DNA of 32,000 nt, taken from positions 1,380,001 to 1,412,000 of the forward strand of contig NZ_CP019633.1 in assembly GCF_001997385.1 (NCBI RefSeq), given 5' to 3'. The stretch comes from Sedimentisphaera cyanobacteriorum (lineage in GTDB: Bacteria; Planctomycetota; Phycisphaerae; Sedimentisphaerales; Sedimentisphaeraceae). Of the stretch, positions 7,979 to 14,658 are shown in pieces. The notes beneath the pieces were generated by a model. It was not told the DNA's origin and did not search any database. It was given only the letters and a program-made list of their open reading frames with translations. The position numbers were made by a program, and so were the translations under genes. How positions within the stretch are numbered: position 1 is the stretch's first letter; each line of letters opens with the position of its first letter.

Positions 7979-8572
7979 ATGAAAACTAAGGCGTTATTTA
8001 TGAATGTTACAGCATTTTCCCTTCTCTGTATAATGCTGCCCTGTGCAACACAAGCCGCATCTCCGGAATGGGAAAATCCGCAGGGATATGATTACTCAAT
8101 GTGCATCTACGCACAGGTTTTCGATCAGCAGGGCAATCAAATTGCCTTTGCACCTGATTCGGCAATTTCCGCATGGACATCCGAGGGCACAATTTCAGGC
8201 TGCTCTGCCGAGCCTGTGGATTCGCCCGCGGGAACTATTTTCGCTTTTCAGGCTTTTTATGACCTTTCAATCGCAGAGGATTTTTCACTGAAGGTTTATG
8301 ACAGGGAGCTTGATGAGGTGTTTGAAACGGAATACATTTTCGATTTTGAGACCGGCTCCACTCTCGGGGACGTAGTAAACCCTGTTGTGGTTGTTGCGAA
8401 AGCAAACTATCTCCCCTGCGATTTCAATGAAGACGGTTTTGTAGATTTGCTGGATCTTGCTTTATTGCAGTCTGAATGGCTTTCTGATACCAGCCTTGAA
8501 AGCGACTTGAATTCTGACGGCAAGGTTGATATTAAAGATTTTCAGCTTTTCTATAAAGAATTTGAAAATTAA
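7979..8572 (+). CDS. Small secreted protein with a C-terminal type-I-like dockerin (two Ca-binding loops)
   Basis: ATG 7979 is preceded by AAGGGG 7 nt upstream. Signal peptide is MKTKALFMNVTAFSLLCIMLPCATQA. The C-terminus has two EF-hand-like repeats, DFNEDGFVDLLD and DLNSDGKVDIKD, separated by about 22 aa. The ~140-aa N-terminal domain is unassigned. ORF-track start is 7943. Confidence 0.8.
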   Translation: MKTKALFMNVTAFSLLCIMLPCATQAASPEWENPQGYDYSMCIYAQVFDQQGNQIAFAPDSAISAWTSEGTISGCSAEPVDSPAGTIFAFQAFYDLSIAEDFSLKVYDRELDEVFETEYIFDFETGSTLGDVVNPVVVVAKANYLPCDFNEDGFVDLLDLALLQSEWLSDTSLESDLNSDGKVDIKDFQLFYKEFEN

Positions 8573-8597
8573 ACAATTTAATTCTGCGTCAATAATC

Positions 8598-8629
8598 AAA
8601 AAACCCGTCTATTTAAGACGGGTTTTTAA
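8598..8629. terminator. Bidirectional rho-independent terminator between convergent genes
   Basis: AAAAA-ACCCGTCT-ATTTA-AGACGGGT-TTTTT is a perfect 8-bp stem flanked by an A-run and a T-run. It lies between the + gene ending at 8572 and the - gene ending at 8739. Confidence 0.8.
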
Positions 8630-8738
8630 TTTTAAATCCGAAAACCAAGCTTTAATCCCAAATTTCTAATTCATATTTATAAAGTTAGAAGCGGTAATCT
8701 CAAGGATCGAATATTAAATCCGCAATTCAAAGCTTAGC

Positions 8739-9650
8739 TTACTGAACCGTTGTCCAAGTGGCAATAAGTGCTGGATTATCTTTCATCCAATCCTTTGCGG
8801 CCTTTTCCTTATCGTCTGCGTTTGCCATAACATCCATAAGCGAGCCGATCTGAGCGGTGTTGAACTTAATTTTCGAGAAAAACTCAGCCACTTCCGGGAA
8901 ATCGCTCTTGAATCCCTTTCTGCATATCGCCACAACTCTCTCAGTACTCCCGTAAACGCCTTTCGGGTCTTCGAGGAATTTGAGATCGTACCTTGAGAAT
9001 TTCCAGTGCGGAGCCCAGCCAGTAACAACGATTGGCTCTTTCTTGTCGATAGCTGATTTTAATGATGCGGTCATTGCAGGGCCGCTTGAAGTGAGCAGTT
9101 CGAGATCGAGGCTGTAATCCTCAATCGCCTGCTTTGTTTTTTTCATAATCCCGGCGCCTGCATCGATGCCGGTTATCTGGCCGTCCAAGCCGTCTTTGAT
9201 CTGGTTCAAATCTGCAACGCTGTCAATTTTCACGTAATCCGGAACAACGAGCCCGATTTTCGCAGTGTCGAACCACGTTACCAGCTCATCGAAATCCTTG
9301 CTGTACTGCTCCCAGTAATGGCCGTGAGTGGCGGGCATCCAGCTTTCAACCATAATATCCTGATTCCCTTCTGCCACAGACGCAAAAAGCGGCCCGAGGT
9401 CTGCAAGGGTCATCTGGACATCATATCCCATATCCGTAAGCATTACCTCCATAAGATGTGCAAAAGCAACGCCTTCAGCCCAGTTGCCGTAGCTGAGCTT
9501 AATCTCCTTTGTGCCCTGAGATTCTTCCTGCTGCTGCGCCTGCCGGTCGCCGTCATTCTGCTCGGGAGCCTGTTTTTTGCAGCCTGTAATACCTATTACA
9601 GCAGCCGCCAAAAACGAAAACGCCATAACACTAATTATTTTTTTCATCAT
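8739..9650 (-). CDS. opuAC: Glycine betaine/compatible-solute ABC transporter substrate-binding lipoprotein (OpuAC/ProX family), copy 1
   Basis: Lipoprotein signal with lipobox ITG|C. OpuAC-type motifs are NWAEGVA, ESWMP, ITGIDAGAG, SSGPAMTASL and VTGWAPHWKF. RBS is AAAGGAAAG. By eye it is roughly two-thirds identical to the ORF at 11112-12038. Confidence 0.9.
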   Translation of the reverse strand: MMKKIISVMAFSFLAAAVIGITGCKKQAPEQNDGDRQAQQQEESQGTKEIKLSYGNWAEGVAFAHLMEVMLTDMGYDVQMTLADLGPLFASVAEGNQDIMVESWMPATHGHYWEQYSKDFDELVTWFDTAKIGLVVPDYVKIDSVADLNQIKDGLDGQITGIDAGAGIMKKTKQAIEDYSLDLELLTSSGPAMTASLKSAIDKKEPIVVTGWAPHWKFSRYDLKFLEDPKGVYGSTERVVAICRKGFKSDFPEVAEFFSKIKFNTAQIGSLMDVMANADDKEKAAKDWMKDNPALIATWTTVQ

Positions 9651-9742
9651 AACTTTCCTTTCTAAACAATTTCAAATTAACCCGCACCCAAGGAGAGGAT
9701 TATGAACATCTGAAATACTGACTATATTCAGCGCAGTAAAAT

Positions 9743-9765
9743 GGGCAGCCCTCACAAGACTGCCC
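9743..9765 (-). other. Intercistronic hairpin between the beta-barrel gene and opuAC copy 1
   Basis: Minus strand reads GGGCAG-N11-CTGCCC followed by AUUUUAC. The 6-bp stem and weak U-tract suggest a processing/stability element or a weak attenuator. Confidence 0.25.
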
Positions 9766-9805
9766 GAAATCTTTTTATCGGATGATTAAGATGCAAGGTT
9801 TAGTT

Positions 9806-11065
9806 TTAGAAGTAGTACCCAATGTTTACATTGAACCTTGTGTGCCAGCCCTTGTCGTCTGCGGCAGCAGAAAGACCGTCTGTCCAGCTGCTGTCGAGCC
9901 ATGGCTGATTCTTACCCATTGCAAGGTCAACCATAGTGAAGAACCTTCCAACGCTGAAAGACATACCGAGAACGTTCTGGTGTGAATCGTTGTAGTCTGA
10001 TTTGTCTTTGAGCAGTACTGAGTAGTCGTTGTAAACGGTAACAGTTTTGATCGGGCCGAAATTAACGTCGAGATCTCTGCTGATACCAGCTACAAGCATT
10101 GTGCCGTCTGCTGCTACCTGATACGGGAAGTCGTATGCACCCATTACTACGTAATCATCGCTTACGCCTGCAGGGTTTTCTGCATCGTAGCCGTACCTTA
10201 TAGCTTCAAGCTTGGCGTTCCACTTGCCGTAGTAGCCGTCGAGGTGAGTACCGATTGCGTAGTGGTCGCCGTCGCCGCCGGTTTCATTGTTATGCAGCTG
10301 AGAATACTGAAGAGAGAGTCCGAGCTCGGTCTTGTCGCCATCGCCGTGGTCAAGTGTCTGAGCAAGTCTCATATTAACCTGATTGCGTTCAGTATTAGCG
10401 CCCTGAGGCGTATCGTTTTCAACTACATCATAAGAATACCTTGATGAGTCGCGGCTGTCGCCGTAGTAGCTTCCTTCGTCGCCGTAGTAGTAGGCAAGCT
10501 GCAGATTGGTATTGCCCATATCCTGAACCCACTTAACACCGAGGTCGTAGTCGTCTTCCAGACCTACGTAGTATGGAAGCTGGAAGAACCAGTTGTGAGA
10601 TGCGTAAGGCAGGATACCGAAGGGTACCTGATGTACACCCACCTGGATCTGTTTGGTGTCATCAAACTTATACCCCAGCCATCCGTGATGGAGGAAGTGA
10701 TAGAAGTGTCCTGGGTCAGCGTGATGTGTTCTGTAATACCTGTACTGGAATGAACCGATAATCGGGTCAGTTCCCTGCAAGTTTACATTAACGCCGATTG
10801 TGTCCAGTGCGAGCTCTCCGCCGTGCTCGTAATCCTTTGCCCAGCTCTTGTAAGCGTAATTCGCTCTTACGAATCCGCCAATCTTGAGAGGGCCTGCAGT
10901 GATAGGGAGCACCTGCTTATCAAACGAGGCGTTGGCATCGTCTGTCTCCCCGAATTTGATGCCGCTGAAAGCAGAATCAATATCCTGCTCGCTTGCAGCA
11001 AATACGCCCGCAGCCAGAAACGCAACCATCAGTGCGGCCGCTAAAGGAGTCTTTAGGGTCTTCAT
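9806..11065 (-). CDS. Outer-membrane beta-barrel (porin-like) protein of unassigned family, embedded in the opuA operon
   Basis: ATG 11065 is preceded by GGAAAGGA. Signal peptide is MKTLKTPLAAALMVAFLAAGVFA. Composition is Y/G/D/N-rich with alternating hydrophobic residues. The C-terminus ...FNVNIGYYF has the terminal aromatic OMP signature. ORF-track TTG start is 11092. Confidence 0.7.
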   Translation of the reverse strand: MKTLKTPLAAALMVAFLAAGVFAASEQDIDSAFSGIKFGETDDANASFDKQVLPITAGPLKIGGFVRANYAYKSWAKDYEHGGELALDTIGVNVNLQGTDPIIGSFQYRYYRTHHADPGHFYHFLHHGWLGYKFDDTKQIQVGVHQVPFGILPYASHNWFFQLPYYVGLEDDYDLGVKWVQDMGNTNLQLAYYYGDEGSYYGDSRDSSRYSYDVVENDTPQGANTERNQVNMRLAQTLDHGDGDKTELGLSLQYSQLHNNETGGDGDHYAIGTHLDGYYGKWNAKLEAIRYGYDAENPAGVSDDYVVMGAYDFPYQVAADGTMLVAGISRDLDVNFGPIKTVTVYNDYSVLLKDKSDYNDSHQNVLGMSFSVGRFFTMVDLAMGKNQPWLDSSWTDGLSAAADDKGWHTRFNVNIGYYF

Positions 11066-11111
11066 CAATGAATCCTTTCCAATTTGTAACAATATTTCAC
11101 TTTTAAATTAA

Positions 11112-12038
11112 CTACTTCCAGCTGTTTATCAGCTGCTGATTTTCTGCCATCCAAGCCTTGAGAGCTGCCTTTTTGTCGCCATCGGCATTAGCCATAGTGT
11201 CCATAAGTGTTCCAATCTGAGCAGTGTTGAATTTGATGCTTGAGAGGAACGCAGCAACTTTCGGCATATCTTCCTTGAATCCCTTGCGGCAAACCATGCG
11301 AATCTCTTCAGCGCTTCCGTAGATTCCCTTCGGGTCGTCGAGGAATTTTAGGTCGTATCTTGCAAACTTCCAGTGCGGAGCCCAGCCTGTAACCACGATA
11401 GGATTATTCTTATCGATAGCTGATTTCAGAGATGCTGTCATAGCAGGTCCGCTTGAGGTAAGCAGTGTATAGTCAAGGTCGTACTCTTTTATAGCTGTTT
11501 CAGTTGTCTTGGTGATTCCAGCACCTGCATCAATACCGGTAATCTGGCCTTTGAGCTTATCTTTAATAGAGTTTAGCTCTGTAATGCTGCTGATTTCCAT
11601 GTACTCAGGAACAACGAGCCCAATTCTTGCATCAGTAAACCAGACGCCGAGCTGCTCGAAATTTTCGCTGTACTGGTCCCAGTAACTCTTGTGCGTTACA
11701 GGCATCCATGTCTCAAGCATAACGTCCTGATCGCCTTTGGCCACAGATGCATAAATCGGGCCTACATCAGCCATTGTAAGCTTAACTTCATAGCCCATAT
11801 TTGTGAGCATCTCTTCGACCAGCTGCGAAACAGCCACGCCTTCAGCCCAGTTTACGTAGCTGATTTTAACAACCTTTGAGTCGCTGGCGGACTGAGCTTC
11901 AGCAGACTCAGAGCTGCTTGAAGAAGCGCCCTGCGATTCTTCGCCGCCGCCGGTTGTCTGTTTCTTGCAGCCGCTGAATGCGATCAGCGATACTGCTGCA
12001 AACGATAGTAATGTGAGTTTGAGTAATTTGTTTCTCAT
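11112..12038 (-). CDS. opuAC: Glycine betaine/compatible-solute ABC transporter substrate-binding lipoprotein (OpuAC/ProX family), copy 2
   Basis: Lipobox FSG|C followed by a Ser/Glu-rich linker. It carries the same OpuAC motifs as copy 1 (NWAEGVA, ETWMP, ITGIDAGAG, SSGPAMTASL, VTGWAPHWKF). RBS is AAGGAGA. Confidence 0.9.
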   Translation of the reverse strand: MRNKLLKLTLLSFAAVSLIAFSGCKKQTTGGGEESQGASSSSSESAEAQSASDSKVVKISYVNWAEGVAVSQLVEEMLTNMGYEVKLTMADVGPIYASVAKGDQDVMLETWMPVTHKSYWDQYSENFEQLGVWFTDARIGLVVPEYMEISSITELNSIKDKLKGQITGIDAGAGITKTTETAIKEYDLDYTLLTSSGPAMTASLKSAIDKNNPIVVTGWAPHWKFARYDLKFLDDPKGIYGSAEEIRMVCRKGFKEDMPKVAAFLSSIKFNTAQIGTLMDTMANADGDKKAALKAWMAENQQLINSWK

Positions 12039-12065
12039 TTCGGATTTCTCCTTTTAAATAAAATT

Positions 12066-12902
12066 CTAACGATTTCCCCACTTTTCACCCATTGCCTGGG
12101 TTACTCTGTCCAGATAAATTGCAAGTATAACAACTGAAAGGCCGGCTTCAAACCCTAATCCAATTTTTAACTGGGTAATTCCAAAAAGAACCTGTTTTCC
12201 AAGTCCGCCGGCGCCAATCATTGCAGCGATAACAACCATAGATAATGAAAGCATAATCGTCTGGTTAATACCTGCAAGAATACTCGGAAGAGCGGAGGGC
12301 AGCTGTACCTTAACAAGCTGCTGAGTTGTTGTCGAACCAAATGAAACTGCCGCTTCCATTACCTCTTTAGGCACATGCCTTAACCCAAGGCTGGTAAGCC
12401 TTACTGCCGGCGGCATAGCAAAAATCACTGTAGCCATAGCGCCCGGAACCTTGCCAAGCTCAAAGAAAAGCACGGCCGGAATCAGATAAACGAAAGCCGG
12501 CATTGTCTGCATAAAGTCCAGAATAGGCCTTACCACTGTCTCTGCTTTCTCGCTCCTTCCTGCAAATATCCCAACAGGAATACCTATCAGAAGGGCAATA
12601 AATGTAGCGACAAGCACAAGAGCAAGCGTTTGAACTGTTGCCTCCCACAGCCCCATACCCACAATAACGGCAAAGCCGATAAGAGTCATTATAGGATAGT
12701 GGAAGTTTTTCCAGCCCTTAAGATACCACGCCAGCACGACCAGAATACCTATCAGAACCCACGGATTTGCACCCGTGAAAGTGGTTTCAAGACTATCAAT
12801 AAGCGTACCAACGCCCTGATTGATTCCGTCGAAGAAACCTTCAAAATTGTCGGTAAGCCAGTTTATTCCCTTTTCAAATGTATCGCCTATCTTAAGATTC
12901 AT
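12066..12902 (-). CDS. opuAB: Glycine betaine ABC transporter permease (OpuAB/ProW family)
   Basis: Multi-TM protein with EAA-type loop EAAVSFGSTTTQQLVKVQLP. ATG 12902 is preceded by GGAAGGAG and overlaps the opuAA stop (ATGAATCTTAA), consistent with translational coupling. The ORF-track start 12962 lies inside opuAA. Confidence 0.9.
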   Translation of the reverse strand: MNLKIGDTFEKGINWLTDNFEGFFDGINQGVGTLIDSLETTFTGANPWVLIGILVVLAWYLKGWKNFHYPIMTLIGFAVIVGMGLWEATVQTLALVLVATFIALLIGIPVGIFAGRSEKAETVVRPILDFMQTMPAFVYLIPAVLFFELGKVPGAMATVIFAMPPAVRLTSLGLRHVPKEVMEAAVSFGSTTTQQLVKVQLPSALPSILAGINQTIMLSLSMVVIAAMIGAGGLGKQVLFGITQLKIGLGFEAGLSVVILAIYLDRVTQAMGEKWGNR

Positions 12903-14088
12903 TATTATCTCCTTCCGATGACATTGCTGCAAGAATACTTGCACGGGTAACAATCCCCTCAAAGTGTCCGTTCTCGCTAATTACCGGAATAGGCAGCGCC
13001 GTCTCAGAGGCTGCCGGTATCATTTCGGCAATAGCTGTGTCAGGTGTGCTTGTGTAGGCGTCTTTAACGATAATTTCATCGAGCTTCTTTTTATTCTCTT
13101 TAGAAAGCCTGATTGCATCATCAATTTTCACGTGCCCTATGAACTCTCTGTTCTCGTTTACAACAAACAGAGTTGAGAGCCCTGAACGCTCCATCTGCCT
13201 TAGGGCCTGGGCAGGCCCGTCCTTATGAGAGGCAATAACTTCCGGCTTTCTCATAACAGTTTTTGCTGTGATAACCTTGGACCTGTCAACATTTTCAACG
13301 AAATCACGAATATACTGAGACGCGGGAGCGATAAGGATATCTTCAGGCGTGCCGATCTGCTCAATGAAGCCGTCTTTCATAATTGCAATCCTGTCGCCGA
13401 GTTTGAGTGCTTCGTCGAGGTCGTGTGTGATAAATACAATTGTCTTGTGCATTTTCGCCTGAAGCTCGAGCAGTTCATCCTGCATATTGGTTCTTATAAG
13501 CGGGTCCAGTGCGCTGAAGGCCTCATCCATAAGAATGATATCTGTATCAGCGGCAAGAGCCCTTGCAAGCCCCACTCTCTGCTGCATACCGCCGCTGAGC
13601 TCGGCGATCATGCTGTCTTCATAACCCCCAAGACCAACCAGCTTAACTGCATTTTCAGCAAGCTCATATCTCTTATTCTTCTCAACGCCCCTAATTTCAA
13701 GGCCGAAAGCAACATTATTCAACACGTTCTTGTGAGGCAGAAGGCCGAAATGCTGGAAAACCATAGACATCTTCCGGCTTCTGAGCTTATTGAGGTTTTT
13801 CTGGTCAAGCTCCATTATATCTTTGCCGTCAACTACTACCGAACCTTTAGTCGGACCGATAAGACGATTCAGGCAGCGAACCAGAGTGGATTTACCGCTT
13901 CCGGAAAGCCCCATAATAACGAACGTCTCTCCCTTCTGCACCTCAAAAGAGGCATCATTTACGCCTATTGTGCAGCCGGTCTTGGCCAGAATCTCTTCTT
14001 TGTTCATTCCCTTTTCAATCAGAGGGAAAACTCTTGAAGTATTCCTTCCGAAAACCTTGAAAAGGTTTTTAACTTGAATTACTGACAT
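12892..14088 (-). CDS. opuAA: Glycine betaine ABC transporter ATP-binding protein with tandem C-terminal CBS domains (OpuAA/ProV family)
   Basis: Walker A GLSGSGKST, Q-loop MVFQHFGL, signature LSGGMQQRVGLARAL, Walker B IILMDEAFSALD, H-loop FITHDLDEA. Two CBS-like repeats form the last ~120 aa. Confidence 0.95.
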   Translation of the reverse strand: MSVIQVKNLFKVFGRNTSRVFPLIEKGMNKEEILAKTGCTIGVNDASFEVQKGETFVIMGLSGSGKSTLVRCLNRLIGPTKGSVVVDGKDIMELDQKNLNKLRSRKMSMVFQHFGLLPHKNVLNNVAFGLEIRGVEKNKRYELAENAVKLVGLGGYEDSMIAELSGGMQQRVGLARALAADTDIILMDEAFSALDPLIRTNMQDELLELQAKMHKTIVFITHDLDEALKLGDRIAIMKDGFIEQIGTPEDILIAPASQYIRDFVENVDRSKVITAKTVMRKPEVIASHKDGPAQALRQMERSGLSTLFVVNENREFIGHVKIDDAIRLSKENKKKLDEIIVKDAYTSTPDTAIAEMIPAASETALPIPVISENGHFEGIVTRASILAAMSSEGDNNES

Positions 14089-14245
14089 ACCTGTCTCTCT
14101 TAATTTAATTTTCCAATTTCAAAGTAAACGTGCAAAGCTAATACCCGCCCTCAATTCAGCGGCAAAGCCGCACGATATCCTCAGAAAAATAACTGGCACG
14201 ACTGCTAATCGAGCCTGCCAGGACACTAACTACCGCTGATAATGG
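14089..14245 (-). promoter_or_regulatory. ~155-nt structured 5' leader of the opuA operon (candidate cis-regulatory RNA)
   Basis: Minus-strand RNA has nested long-range helices CUGCCC/GGGCGG and UCAGCGG/CCGCUGA. They enclose hairpin CUGGCA-N17-UGCCAG followed by UUAUUUUUCU. A local hairpin GCGGC-UUU-GCCGC competes for the CCGC of the long-range helix. Confidence 0.35.
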
Positions 14246-14250
14246 GCAGA

Positions 14251-14279
14251 TTAAACAATATTTATAACACGAAAGATTT
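14251..14279 (-). promoter_or_regulatory. Candidate sigma70-like promoter of the opuA operon
   Basis: Minus strand reads TTTACA-N17-TATAAA, about 165 nt upstream of the opuAA ATG. Confidence 0.4.
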
Positions 14280-14354
14280 CAGTTGTAAAGTTTTTTATTA
14301 AAACTCTGAAAACATTATCTGCTTCCAAAAACCTTTTTAAGCCTTAAAAACCGA

Positions 14355-14393
14355 TAAAAAAGCCGTTTTGAAAGTTCAAACAGCTGTTTTTTT
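14355..14393. terminator. Bidirectional-looking terminator hairpin separating the GH32 transcription unit from the opuA promoter
   Basis: AAAAAA-GCCGTTTTGAAAGTTCAAACAGC-TGTTTTTTT is an imperfect ~9-bp stem (one mismatch, one bulge) flanked by an A-run and a T-run. Confidence 0.45.
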
Positions 14394-14408
14394 ATTCGCA
14401 ATGCGAAT
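14394..14408. repeat. Perfect 15-bp palindrome ATTCGCA-A-TGCGAAT upstream of the opuA promoter (candidate operator)
   Basis: Read directly. It lies 115 bp upstream of the proposed -35 and immediately after the terminator hairpin. Confidence 0.5.
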
Positions 14409-14658
14409 GATTAAAGCTAATAAGAAAAAATTTCCTTAACAATAATAACAAGTATTTTTACAAATAAATATCCTAACAAACGAAACTGCAGCAAAAGAGT
14501 TTATTACTGAACAGCAGTACAGACGAAGATTTATATTCCAAATCGAAAAAATTCCCGCTGTCTGCATCGCAAAGACGCAAATTCAAGACAAAAAGATTTT
14601 AAACAGTCCCTGTAAAAACAGTCTTTGGTTAAAACAAATCCGCCCTTTTGCTCCGCAT

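Noticed and set aside
13225-14037. 270-codon ORF on the plus strand (plus the 95-codon ORF at 13790-14077)
   Set aside because: It lies entirely antisense to opuAA, whose ABC motifs are unambiguous. The translation has no recognisable motif and an odd composition (Cys/Phe/Asn-rich). This is a typical shadow ORF.
14089-14245. Known riboswitch classes (c-di-AMP ydaO-type, glycine) in the opuA leader
   Set aside because: I could not find the conserved cores by eye, such as the repeated ACGGGGA/GGGGACCC-type blocks of ydaO or the glycine-aptamer GGAGAG...CACCG blocks. It is kept only as an unclassified structured-leader candidate.
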